Below, piece after piece: positions 51,460-64,000 of a stretch of 64,000 nt of DNA. Where the stretch lies: NCBI GenBank assembly GCA_032718475.1, contig JAUCBJ010003079.1, forward strand, positions 1 to 64,000, given 5' to 3'. Positions within the stretch are counted from its first letter, which is position 1. The number at the start of each line of letters is the position of its first letter. Below the pieces are notes generated by a model that did no database searches, was not told the DNA's origin, and saw nothing but the letters and a program-made list of their open reading frames with translations. This stretch comes from Nemertoderma westbladi (Eukaryota > Animalia > Xenacoelomorpha). Position numbers and translations under genes: made by a program.

Positions 51460-53270
51460 CACCCTACCTATAAAATTATCAATAATTGTTTTCAAAATAA
51501 AAATCTGATCTACTGTAGAACGACCACCTCGAAACCAAGCTTGAGCTGCAATTATTATCGCAAACCCCTCAGCCCACCATTGGAGTCGTCCGTTTAATAT
51601 AAGCGGCAATAATTTATCCCTTTTAATACCTCTATGGTTGTTAGAGTCTAACCTTGTACCTTTATTTTTGTAGATGGGTGTAATAATACCATCAGTAGTC
51701 CAACTGTCTGGGAAATAACCACAATGGAGGGCTGCATTAAATATGCTCGTAACAACTGGGATAAAGTTTCCGCTCCCACTATGAAAAATTCGTTTAAAAT
51801 ACCATCAAAACCCGGTGTTTTATTACTACGTAACCTATTGATAGTCATGGCAACCTCCTCCTCCTCCAAAGGCATACAGATATAATTTTCAAAAATATGT
51901 TTGGCTAAAGCAAAGTCGTTATTATTATTATTAGGGGGCAGCCCAACGTCCATATCCTCAAAGCTCGATCCTTCCTCGTTCAGCGCCCTGAAATGGGACG
52001 CAAATACCTCCGCACTTATTAGAGATTGCTGTGGGCTACTTGAACCGCACTTATTAGAGATTGCTGTGGGCTACTTGAACCGCACTTATTGGAGATTGCT
52101 GTGGACGGCTACTTGAACCCCGGCAACTCTGCCTTAATAGTTTCCAGAATTTTGTTGAGTCTACAATTTTAAATTTCCGCAACTTGTCCGACCTCCCACA
52201 ATTAAAGTAGTCAAAACGAGCTTTACGAAGTACCCTCCAGTATTGGGTCCTCATTTTCATCATAACAGCGTTCGACGTTGCGTCACCCTTATCCTTAAAG
52301 CTTCCCAGTGCCTGCCTAAAGGCATCTCTAGCTACCGCACAGTTTTCATTAAACCAAGGGGCATTATTACTGGCACGGTAAACACCATTATTATCAACTT
52401 TAAAATAAATACGGCTACATTACTTAAAATATCGGTAAACCCCGTTACGGCTGCATCAACCTTACTTGATGCCTTATAAGCGGTTCCATACATAAGACAT
52501 TGTCCAACACCTTGTCAAATATAAGCTGTGTTGCATCCGAGTTTAATGCATCTCTAAAGTCCCCACTTTTTGTTTGCAGAAATTTTCGGCTATTGGCTAA
52601 CTTACCAGCAGTAACATTGGTTCTATTACCATAAGATTCACTGCTACAGTAGTATTCACTGCCACTAATGTTAAAAACGGCTGATACGGTACAATGAGGC
52701 GATAAACTGTTAGGGTCGCCTATACTAAAATATTTGCAGGCCGTGATCATTGAGATATTACCCAAAATGTAATCTATTGTAGACTTACGAACCCCATGCC
52801 TCACTCAGTCACTATAATAATGTAAAGTTACCCACCCCCTTATCCGCTACCACACGACCATTTAATATCTTTAAGTTGCTAAACCGACAGAGAGAAATCA
52901 ATTTCTCACCATGTATGTTAGTAATCGAATCAGGATCCGAATCGAATCCGAATCCGGATCCGATTGGAACGGATCTTAGTACCATTTGGCCAGTCATTAT
53001 TATCATGAAAAACGTATTCATCGGGTAACAAATCATTAAAACCAGTAAACAAAGAATCATGACAGACATAATCCAATAAAATTTAGATCTCCAACTATTA
53101 TAAAATCAGTAGTATCAACATTCTGGTATAAAGAAACACCTTCTAGAATTTTATCAAACAAACAACCAGAATCATTAAAATAGCTAAGAGAATCATGAGG
53201 TGGAATATACGCAGCACAGATAATCGGTTTACCTACAAATTTAAGCCATAATAAATCTTCACTTGTCACG
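51460..53270 (-). mobile_element. Decayed non-LTR retrotransposon ORF2 (APE endonuclease plus N-terminal RT), frameshifted and truncated
   Basis: APE motifs YIPP, IIVGDLN, ILNGR..D..G.FT, STIDY, SPH (SDH-like). Linker KFWK. RT-region motifs KTPGFDGILNEF, FPDSW...IITPIYKNKG...NNHRGI and QAWFRGGRSTVDQIFIL, spread over several frames. Confidence 0.93.
52010..52118 (+). repeat. 35-bp tandem triplication inside the LINE remnant
   Basis: CCGCACTTATTAGAGATTGCTGTGGGCTACTTGAA at 52010, 52045 and 52080; the third copy has +3 bp. Confidence 0.92.
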
Positions 53271-53913
53271 TAGGCCTGTTATCTTTGTCTTGTCCATATT
53301 AACTTCCATATTATTGGTTATATTGGTTATACACCAGGTGTGAGTCATTCACGACGATTCATTAATTGAATACGTACAATAAAACGTAAAACACTAATGT
53401 ATCAGGGGAAAATTTTCAGTTACCGAGTTTTATGGCACTATATTTTATGAATTTTAACGATAATTTAGAGAATAAATAAAGATAAAAAAAAGAATTTTAA
53501 ATTTAGCGAAATTTAAGTTTAAGGTTTCATAAGTAAATACTTTATGTAGTTAATCGTTTTTTAGTAGTTAAGTTTGTTTTATTTCCGTTTTATGGGCACT
53601 ATAAGCTTAGCTTCCTCGCCCTGTAATATATAAATATTTTTTATTTTTATTTTTTATTAATACATAAACATAAAAGCAATTCAGATGGTATATCACCTAC
53701 AAATAAGTTATGTTGTGTTACATGGGATAAGTCGTTCTCTCCAGTTACTATGCTGTCTCGTCAGACGTCAGCACTCATCGGGGTCTCCTTAGATACCCAA
53801 ATCAAATATATGAATATTTGAAATAAAATTACCAAGAAAATAATGTCCTGTCAGGAATTAAGTTTCAAGAATATAATATAATAATATGTTTTATGCAAAC
53901 AGGAAGGAACAAT

Positions 53914-55081
53914 TGGCCACGAGAAAAGGGACCTTATGTCGCAAAACCTGATTCTGAGATAATCGCGTTTAATGTTTCCCTCTATTTTTGAACAAATTTA
54001 ATTGGATTATCGATTATTTAGAAATGTATAAAACGATGAGGGAAATTCAAATTGGTTCTGATATTCAATATACCTAGGAAATAACTGATTACGGGAAGCA
54101 ATATAACATGTTGCAGTGTTGTATATCCCACTGTTTTAGGGTTTTCATGTCTGAATTTAGGTCTGTAATAAAATTGTACTAACTGTAATATGTAGGTACT
54201 GTAGGCCTACAGTTATTTTTTAAATGCAATATGGCTGTCATTTTGTTAATTTCTGTTCGTTGGTTCTGAAAATTTGTAAGCACCTACTGCGATATTAATT
54301 GACACTGAAGAATGAATCCCAGACTGTAATTTTCAATAGTCTTCCGCTAGGGGGCGATAATGTTCGAGAATGTAAATTGCTTGTCATTTTCTTAATTCCT
54401 GTCCGTTTGTTTTGAAATTTTGTAGAAACCTTCTACAATATAAAATTATACTGGAGAATTAATCCTAGACTGTAATATTCAATTGTCTGCCGATAGGGCA
54501 CGATAATGTTCTAAAATGTAAATTGCTTGTCATTTTGTTAATTTCTGTCCGTTTGTTTTGAAATTTTCTAGACACCTTCTACGATATGGGTGGGACAAGG
54601 TGGACAAACATCTACAACATTCCCAATAAAGAATTAAAAATACGAATAATTTTAAATTTTGTAAAAAAAAAATTTTTTGAAAAAAAATTATCTTTTTTGG
54701 AAAAAATTTTAAATTAAAAAAAATTTTTTTTGGATAAATGTTTTTTTGAAAATTTTGAAATTTTTTTTTTAAAGAGTTCATTAACAATATTAATAGTTTC
54801 AAAGTGTTAAAAGTTGTATAAAAAGCCGAATAACATTGAGCTGCCTAGCTATATAGTAAGAATTGCTATGATATTATTAATATTTTCCATTTTTTTTAAT
54901 AAAAAAATTATTTTGAAAAGAGCTACCCGATTCACCTTCACATAAATCGCTATAACTTTTTTTTGGAAATAGATATTGAGACACAGTTTTTTTGTTAAAA
55001 TCTCTGGAAAATTCTGCATCTCATAGGCCTAATAACTCAAAATCGACCTCCGGTGACATAAGGTCCCTTTTCTCGTGGCCA
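53914..55081. mobile_element. Non-autonomous TIR DNA element (MITE-like, ~1.17 kb)
   Basis: Perfect 27-bp inverted repeats TGGCCACGAGAAAAGGGACCTTATGTC at 53914-53940 and 55055-55081. No coding capacity and no clear TSD. Confidence 0.85.
54236..54587 (+). repeat. 146-bp diverged tandem repeat x2.4 inside the TIR element
   Basis: TGTCATTTT(G/C)TTAATT starts at 54236, 54382 and 54528. Confidence 0.88.
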
Positions 55082-56420
55082 GCCACATATAGCCTTTATT
55101 CCTCTTTTAATAATTCACATCCTTTGTCAGAATATTATTTATATAATATAATAAATTAGGTAATGTAGATGGGGAAGATTATCACTTTTAGTAGGCCTAA
55201 TGACTCTTCAGTTTATAGTTCCGAAAAGGCTTACCGGTAACGTTTTTATAACGACTCGCAATATAGGCCTAACGTAAGCTAATAAAGTGCTACTGTGCTG
55301 TAGATTGAAGTAAAATCAAGTATAAAATAGTTATAACTTTAATTTTACAATTATATATTATATTTTTTAATGCAGCAGCCAAATAAGATAATAAATTATT
55401 AAACACACTTAAGGGGGGGTGTACCCCCTCTTAAGTCGCGTAACAGTTTATAAATCGGGAGAAAATATCCACTCGATAAAAAATGAAAAATTTGTCAAAT
55501 CCGAATACACAGAACGAATAAAGAGTAATGAATCGAGCACAATTAGTAATTATTACTGTGTATGCGATGATCAATAACATTAAATTGTAAATCTGTTATT
55601 TTTACATATAATCAATAATACTTTATATATTTATTGAGTTACCGTAGTTAATTGAGTAGGCCAAGTCCTATTAGACTACTGTACCATATATGTATTTTAT
55701 CAAAATATCTTGGAAAATTGTAACACAGGATAATATTTAATATATGTAGGTTATGACGAAAATAAAAATATATTGAACAGTAACTTACCCATTCAGATGC
55801 ACTGTAATATACTGCATATTAAGCAGATATGACGCAATCGCACATCTGATAAAATAAAAATGGTACCGGTAGCCTACCTACACCCTTACTGGGGAACAAT
55901 AATTACTCCGAACGGATAATAATGCACATTGGGTATAATATAGTACAATAATCAGATGACCCCAGACCCAATCGAATTATTAGATTTCGCTAGGTTATTA
56001 CTGTATTACTCATTAAAGTTACACATTTGAAGTTAACCAACTTGCAGATATAATGTTATGCATCAAAATGTACAATTATTGGTGACAACGCATAACAAGT
56101 AAGGTAAAGTAAGTATTGTATATGCACAATCGGCAAATATATCAAACACCCAACCTTTATACTCAATTTTGGTGATAAGTATATTTAGGTAATCTCAATA
56201 CTTAGGCAGTATTTTAGGACAATTAACTATTTGCTCACTTTTAGAACGTTTTAGCACGTTTAGAAGTTGTTCATAAATTGATCAATTGATCATTGCGGTT
56301 CGAATGAGGCTAGTAAAATAAACCTCGCTTATTATCATCCCATAAACTACTTATTGTTGCTTCATCATCAATATGGAAAAGTTTAACAATAATCTATAAA
56401 ATACTGTTATATTGTTTACC

Positions 56421-59400
56421 CACATACTACTGTATATATCACACAAACTACTGTATATATCACACAAACTACTGTATATATCACACATACTACTGTATAT
56501 ATCACACAAACTATTGTATATATCACACAAACTACTGTATATATCACACAAACTATTGTATATATCACACAAACTACTGTATATATCACACATACTACTG
56601 TATATATCACACATACTATTGTATATATCACACAAACTACTGTATATATCACACAAACTACTGTATATATCACACAAACTATTGTATATATCACACATAC
56701 TACTGTGTATATCACACATACTACTGTATATATCACACATACTACCGTATATATCACACATACTACTGTATATATCACACATACTACTGTATATATCACA
56801 CATACTACTGTATATATCACACAAACTACTGTATATATCACACAAACTATTGTATATATCACACATACTACTGTATATATCACACATACTATTGTATATA
56901 TCACACAAACTACTGTATATATCACACAAACTACTGTATATATCACACAAACTATTGTATATATCACACATACTACTGTATATATCACACATACTGCTAT
57001 ATATATCACACATACTACTGTATATATCACATATACTACTGTATATATCACACATACTACTGTATATATCACACATACTACTGTATATATCACACAAACT
57101 ACTGTATATATCACACAAACTATTGTATATATCACACATACTACTGTATATATCACACATACTACTGTATATATCACACATACTACTGTATATATCACAC
57201 ATACTACTGTATATATCACACATACTACTGTATATATCACACATACTACTGTATATATCACACATACTACTGTATATATCACACATACTACTGTATATAT
57301 CACACAAACTACTGTATATATCACACAAACTATTGTATATATCACACATACTACTGTATATAGCACACATACTATTGTATATATCACACAAACTACTGTA
57401 TATATCACACAAACTACTGTATATATCACACAAACTATTGTATATATCACACATACTACTGTATATATCACACATACTGCTATATATATCACACATACTA
57501 CTGTATATATCACACATACTACTGTATATATCACACATACTACTGTATATATCACACATTCTACTGTATAATCACACATACTATTGTATATATCACACAT
57601 ACTACTGTATATATCACACATACTACTATATATATCACACATACTACTGTATATATCACACATACTACTGTATATATCACACATACTACTGTATATATCA
57701 CACAAACTATTGTATATATCACACATACTACTGTATATATCACACATACTATTGTATATATCACACATACTATTGTATATATCACACATACTGTACTACT
57801 GTATATATCACACATACTATTGTATATATCACACAAACTATTGTATATATCACACATACTACTGTATATATCACACATACTACCTACTGTATATATCACA
57901 CATACTACCGGTACTGTATATATCACACATACTACTGTATATATCACACAAACTATTGTATATATCACACATACTACTGTATATATCACACAAACTATTG
58001 TATATATCACACATACTACTGTATATATCACACAAACTATTGTATATATCACACATACTACTGTATATATAGCACAAACTATTGTATATATCACACATAC
58101 TACTGTATATATCACACAAACTATTGTATATATCACACAAACTATTGTATATATCACACATACTACTGTATATATCACACAAACTATTGTATATATCACA
58201 CATACTACTGTATATATCACACAAACTATTGTATATATCACACAAACTACTGTATATATCACACATACTACTGTATATATCACACAAACTACTGTATATA
58301 TCACACATACTACTGTATATCACACATACTACTGTATATATCACACAAACTACTGTATATATCACACATACTACTGTATATATCACACAAACTACTGTAT
58401 ATATCACACAAACTACTGTATATATCACACAAACTATTGTATATATCACACAAACTACTGTATATATCACACATACTACTGTATATATCACACATACTAC
58501 TGTATATATCACACAAACTACTGTATATAGCACACATACTACTGTATATATCACACAAACTACTGTATATATCACACATACTACTGTATATATCACACAA
58601 ACTACTGTATATATCACACATACTACTGTATATATCACACATACTACTGTATATATCACACATACTATTGTATATATCACACATACGGTACTACTGTATA
58701 TATCACACATACTGTACTACTGTATATATCACACATACTACTGTATATATCACACATACTATTGTATATATCACACATACTGTACTCTGTATATATCACA
58801 CATACTGTACTACTGTATATATCACACATACTGTACTACTGTATATATCACACATACTACTGTATATATCACACATACTATTGTATATATCACACATACT
58901 ACTGTATATATCACACATACTACTGTATATATCACACATACTACTATATATATATCACACATAGTACTGTATATATCACACATACTATTGTATATATCAC
59001 ACATACTGTACTACTGTATATATCACACATACTATTGTATATATCACACATACTATTGTATATATCACACATACTACTGTATATATCACACATACTACTG
59101 TATATATCACACATACTACTATATATATCACACATAGTACTGTATATATCACACATACTATTGTATATATCACACATACTACTGTATATATCACACATAC
59201 TACTGTATATATCACACATAGTACTGTATATATCACACATACTATTGTATATATCACACATACTACTGTATATATCACACATACTACTGTATATATCACA
59301 CATAGTACTGTATATATCACACATACTGTACTACTGTATATATCACACATACTGTACTACTGTATATATCACACATACTACTGTATATATCACACATACT

Positions 59401-60700
59401 ATTGTATATATCACACATACTACTGTATATATCACACATAGTACTGTATATATCACACATACTGTACTACTGTATATATCACACATACTACTGTATATAT
59501 CACACATACTATTGTATATATCACACATACTACTGTATATATCACACATACTACTGTATATATCACACATACTACTATATATATCACACATAGTACTGTA
59601 TATATCACACATACTATTGTATATATCACACATACTGTACTACTGTATATATCACACATACTATTGTATATATCACACATACTATTGTATATATCACACA
59701 TACTACTGTATATATCACACAAACTACTGTATATATCACACATACTACTATATATATCACACATAGTACTGTATATATCACACATACTATTGTATATATC
59801 ACACATACTACTATATATATCACACATAGTACTGTATATATCACACATACTATTGTATATATCACACATACTGTACTACTGTATATATCACACATACTAT
59901 TGTATATATCACACATACTATTGTATATATCACACATACTATTGTATATATCACACCTACTACTGTATATATCACACATACTACTATATATATCACACAT
60001 AGTACTGTATATATCACACATACTATTGTATATATCACACATACTGTACTACTGTATATATCACACATACTATTGTATATATCACACATACTATTGTATA
60101 TATCACACATACTATTGTATATATCACACATACTACTGTATATATCACACAAACTACTATATATATCACACATAGTACTGTATATATCACACATACTATT
60201 GTATATATCACACATACTGTACTACTGTATATATCACACATACTATTATATATATCACACATACTATTGTATATATCACACATACTATTGTATATATCAC
60301 ACATACTATTGTATATATCACACATACTACTGTATATATCACACAAACTACTGTATATATCACACATACTACTATATATATCACACATACTACTGTATAT
60401 ATCACACATACTACTGTATATATCACACATACTACTATATATATCACACATAGTACTGTATATATCACACATACTATTGTATATATCACACATACTGTAC
60501 TACTGTATATATCACACATACTATTGTATATATCACACATACTATTGTATATATCACACATACTATTGTATATATCACACATACTACTGTATATATCACA
60601 CAAACTACTGTATATATCACACAAACTACTGTATATATCACACAAACTACTGTATATATCACACAAACTATTGTATATATCACACATACTACTGTATATA
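56421..60700 (+). repeat. 21-bp satellite (CACACATACTACTGTATATAT), ~200 units
   Basis: 21-bp periodicity; 26-bp variants (CTGTA duplication) appear from ~57785 onward. Confidence 0.99.
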
Positions 60701-60819
60701 ACAACATTCACATGGCTATTACAAGTTAACTTAGAAAAATAACTTTTATTTCAAAAAAAACAGCGCCTTTTTCCTGTGAACCCCTAGGTGTATAATTTCA
60801 CAAGAGGGGCCCTGAATAG

Positions 60820-61323
60820 TGTGGGGCGAGCCACGAAGTGAGTGAGCCTTAGCGTAGTGGTACCATTAATCAACCTGTCGTTCTGTCGTTCTGTCGTTCT
60901 GTCGTTCTGTCGCGTTCAATTTTAAACGTTAATAACTCGGCCAATCTTTGATGAAATCTATCCAAACTTGGTACACATGTTGTTTGGCAAAAGTTTAGAA
61001 ATTTTCCAAGTAGAATTTCCGTGTGGCCTTCGAGAAGCTAAGATAATAGCAGTTAATTAGTTAATTAAGTTATTACGGTAAAAAGACCATTTTCAACCTG
61101 CCTTTTAAAGGAAATTAATTGTTTTACAGTATAAGATTTAAATAATTATAATTAAAAATTATACAGATGTAATCCACATACCCCATTCTATTATAGTTTT
61201 TAATTAGTTCAAGTGATTTGCTTTAATAATTGTGTCTTTAATTGATCTAAAGTAATTAAAACGGCAAAAAAAATTGATTCTCATTAAATACTGCTCATTT
61301 ATTGGTTAACATCCAAGTTGGCT
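60820..61323 (-). mobile_element. Helentron/HINE-like element, copy 2 (inverted relative to 50443-50947)
   Basis: Reverse complement matches from AGCCAACTTGGATG to CTCGCCCCACA with scattered substitutions. Confidence 0.7.
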
Positions 61324-61839
61324 CGGTGCTGGTACATAAGATAGGAAGGATGTTTGGTGTGTGTAGAACAGCCAGTGCTCTTCAATGGGAATGCGAATGT
61401 AAGTAACCACATGTGTACAGGCCGGTAGACAGATTGGCCATAGCTAGCTAACGAGATGGAAATCTGAATTCCCTACTCTTCAGTCTATTATTGTGTTATT
61501 GTGTGTTAGACAGATCTCATTTAATAAATGTCAGTCAATAACATTTTACCACTGCAGAAGGCTTATTTATATCCATACTTGTTTTTTCCTCATAAATATT
61601 GGGCTTATTATTTTTTGATGGGATTTCTTTGTAGTTGAATTGTCTAAGTTTTTACACTGAGGCATTAACAGAGGGTACTGGTATTAAATTAATTATTTGA
61701 ATATCATTACTGCATCGACTGCATTTAGTACTGCGTTCTGCATTGATTATATTCCTATAAACCATTCCTGGTTTCGCATATTGCACGTATCCATAGTTAT
61801 AAAGATTGCCAGTCTGCGTTTAGGAAATATATTTAAATA

Positions 61840-62185
61840 CAAAACAGGACGAGCGCAACGACGCTTATAATAATTAAGACGAGTACGGCGTTGATTATAT
61901 TCCTATACACCACCTGGCTTTGCATATTGAACGTGCGATTGGAAATAAGTTCGTTCTATCCTTCCGTGGGTGGTAGATGTCGCGGTTATGTATTGGTGGT
62001 TGGGAAGGGTGGGGGGGGGGGGTGGAGAGATTAAAAGGGGTGAACACGTACTGTCCCCCTTTCTTGGATTGATTGGTGGTGTGGGTAAATTTCTCAAAAC
62101 CTGATTTTGTGATACAGTCGCTCAATTGTAATTTGTATCTCATAACTGGGCCTCGTGCTGCGCGAAGGCCCCACGAACGTGTTAA
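61840..62185 (+). mobile_element. Possible short interspersed element ending in a GC-rich hairpin
   Basis: GC-richer than its flanks, with a poly-G run and a terminal stem GGGCCT...AGGCCC (62148-62171). Single copy in the window; boundaries uncertain. Confidence 0.3.
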
Positions 62186-62528
62186 TTATTCAAAGGACAT
62201 TTTCCTTCAATCATTTTTTCTATCCTTATTAATTAGTGACAATGATTAGTTTATATATGTTTTTTTGTTTGATATTGTATAAGCTACTCCCCTATTTCAC
62301 ACTTTAAATAATGACCTAAATGCCGTTGTTGGTACATATTGAACTACAGTAATATTATTACATCGAGCTGTCAATGAATGATATTCGCGAATTAAGAAAT
62401 AAATATAGAAAGTTTGTAATAACATTTTCCAAATTATTTCAGATTACATAAAAATCCATTTCTTTGCCGGTATGAAAGTAAAAGTATGTAATGTTTGCCG
62501 GAATTAGCACGCAATTTTGATTGCTTTG

Positions 62529-64000
62529 CTACAATATTGTTGCCTCTCTAATGGCTTCTACCCAATCGGCTTTGAGTTCAGGTGTATCGCATCTGAATAT
62601 CAGTACACCAATTCCACTGTGTGATATCTTGAATACTAAGGGCGCCAGGCTTGAGTCAACTTCAGGAACACTATTTTCCACTGTATATCCAAGCAACGGT
62701 CTGTTTTCCTGCGCCCTGGGGTCTCCACGATTCTTAAACTGGAACAATACCTTGTCCTTCAGAACACACCAGTACTCTTTCCATACTCCTCTCGCTTTTT
62801 GTTGCTGCAGTAAGCCGCTCTTGTCCCCTTTATCCATGGCAGATACCAATGTTTTTGCACCGGTGGCTACCTGCACTTTTTTGAATTTTTTGCTAAAAAG
62901 TTCTTGGAGACATTCTATTTCGTTACTAATACTGTCAGCAAGCATTGGCCGATACTCTGCAGGGAATTCTCCCTTTCCGATGACATCATACAGTTTTGTG
63001 TGGCAGTAACCACAAACACGGCCAATTTTCCAGGATTTATAGAGAAGAGGCGCTTTGAAATTTGAGCAAGTACCGCAGACCACCAATCCACAAGTACGGC
63101 AGTGATGGCGCCGGACTGTAAAATTGAACTCCGCGGTTTTGCAGAGCATGCACATACAGACTCTTGAGTCTGGTATCCAAATGGGAGCCACAGCTCCAGG
63201 GAAGTTGCTACTACCACTCTCTTTCAGGGCCATATCTGAGCTGTATGCATTAAAAGATTCTATGTTCTCCAATAATTTATCTTTTGCACCTTCAATGGCA
63301 GATATCCAGGCATCCCTTTTTTCAGCAGAAGCAGCAGATAAAGTAAATGATTTCTTCAACCCAAAGATTCCAAACTCATTTTCATTGTCGATATCTTGTT
63401 CTGGTTTTACAACTCTAATGGATACAAGAGGTATTTCGTTGCTAATTACATAATTCGTTGCAACCTGTTTTACGCTTATAAGTTTATCAGAAAGAAGATA
63501 TAAATGTCGAGGTTGGAGTTGTTTACGGGATACTTTCATAACTGGTCCATCTTTAATATACCATCTTCCTGGTTCAACTATTTTATACTCACCTCCTAGT
63601 TTTAGCTGCAGTTTTATGAGTTTTTGTGTATTGAGTTCTTCTAGGATTTTCTTGTCAGCATGATCAGCAACTTCACAGACAATGAATAAAGCAGCTTTGG
63701 CATCCTCAAATTCCTTTTCATCCTCAGACAAATGTTTTATGTAACTCTCAAGAAGCATTTTATATTGGGGCATCCTCTGCACTGGTTTTAACATAAAATG
63801 TTTCAGCTTTAGATTTTGGCATTCTGGCATGCTTTCAAACTCCTCAACAACGGTTTTAAACTGTTGATTCCGTCGCAATGCATCATCCAACACATCACAA
63901 CCTTGTTTAAAGCCCTTGACATAAATTGAGTACATTTTTAGAAACATGGCCTTCTTTCTATAAACATCAGCTATCTTAGGGAATGATTGCCAGTTATCGA
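62529..64000 (-). CDS. FGD6: FYVE, RhoGEF and PH domain-containing protein (FGD5/FGD6-like Cdc42 GEF), 3' part; frame open to the window edge
   Basis: DH C-terminal half (KIADVYRKKAMFLKMYSIY, LKHFMLKPVQRMPQYKMLL), PH (IVEPGRWYIKDG..MKVSRKQLQPR, SFTLSAASAEKRDAWISAI), FYVE (APIWIPDSRVCMCMLC..RRHHCRTCGLVVCGTCS..RVCGYC) and a second PH domain. Stop at 62529-62531. The frame stays open upstream of the listed Met, to 63998. Confidence 0.93.
   Translation of the reverse strand, partial: DNWQSFPKIADVYRKKAMFLKMYSIYVKGFKQGCDVLDDALRRNQQFKTVVEEFESMPECQNLKLKHFMLKPVQRMPQYKMLLESYIKHLSEDEKEFEDAKAALFIVCEVADHADKKILEELNTQKLIKLQLKLGGEYKIVEPGRWYIKDGPVMKVSRKQLQPRHLYLLSDKLISVKQVATNYVISNEIPLVSIRVVKPEQDIDNENEFGIFGLKKSFTLSAASAEKRDAWISAIEGAKDKLLENIESFNAYSSDMALKESGSSNFPGAVAPIWIPDSRVCMCMLCKTAEFNFTVRRHHCRTCGLVVCGTCSNFKAPLLYKSWKIGRVCGYCHTKLYDVIGKGEFPAEYRPMLADSISNEIECLQELFSKKFKKVQVATGAKTLVSAMDKGDKSGLLQQQKARGVWKEYWCVLKDKVLFQFKNRGDPRAQENRPLLGYTVENSVPEVDSSLAPLVFKISHSGIGVLIFRCDTPELKADWVEAIREATIL

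Noticed and set aside
54530-54802. 90-aa K/F/N-rich ORF
   Set aside because: Low-complexity translation of A/T tracts inside the TIR element.
56351-60742. ORFs of (LLYISHI)n, (MCDIYSS)n and (YCIYHTY)n
   Set aside because: Translations of the 21-bp satellite, open in most frames and broken by 19- and 26-bp variants.
62521-63453. Plus-strand ORFs 62521-63009 and 63124-63453, and minus ORF 62915-63217
   Set aside because: Antisense or alternate-frame shadows of the FGD coding sequence.

Overview
Animal (probably invertebrate) nuclear DNA, about 80% tandem repeat. Layout from left to right: a 482-bp module carrying a hammerhead-like motif, then a short 37-bp array (866-1342). Next is a 38-kb 30-bp satellite (1343-~39370) interrupted by 15 copies of a ~330-bp cassette. 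On the minus strand each cassette reads ACC-ATG|GTAAGA, 83-bp intron, TTTTCTAG|, 129-bp phase-0 exon-like ORF, |GTAAAT. A second copy of the module follows with an 8-kb 37-bp array (40531-48899). Then comes a transposon-rich interval: two inverted copies of a ~505-bp Helentron/HINE-like element, a decayed APE+RT non-LTR retrotransposon, a TIR element with internal 146-bp repeats, and a 4.3-kb 21-bp satellite. The window ends in the 3' part of an FGD5/6-type RhoGEF gene on the minus strand, with no intron over 1.47 kb. Nearly all long ORFs in the supplied track are by-products of stop-free satellite monomers. The best candidate for something undescribed is the array of spliceable mini-gene/exon cassettes inside the 30-bp satellite. 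Expression cannot be shown from sequence alone, and differences between copies do not obviously show purifying selection. All alignments and counts were done by eye.
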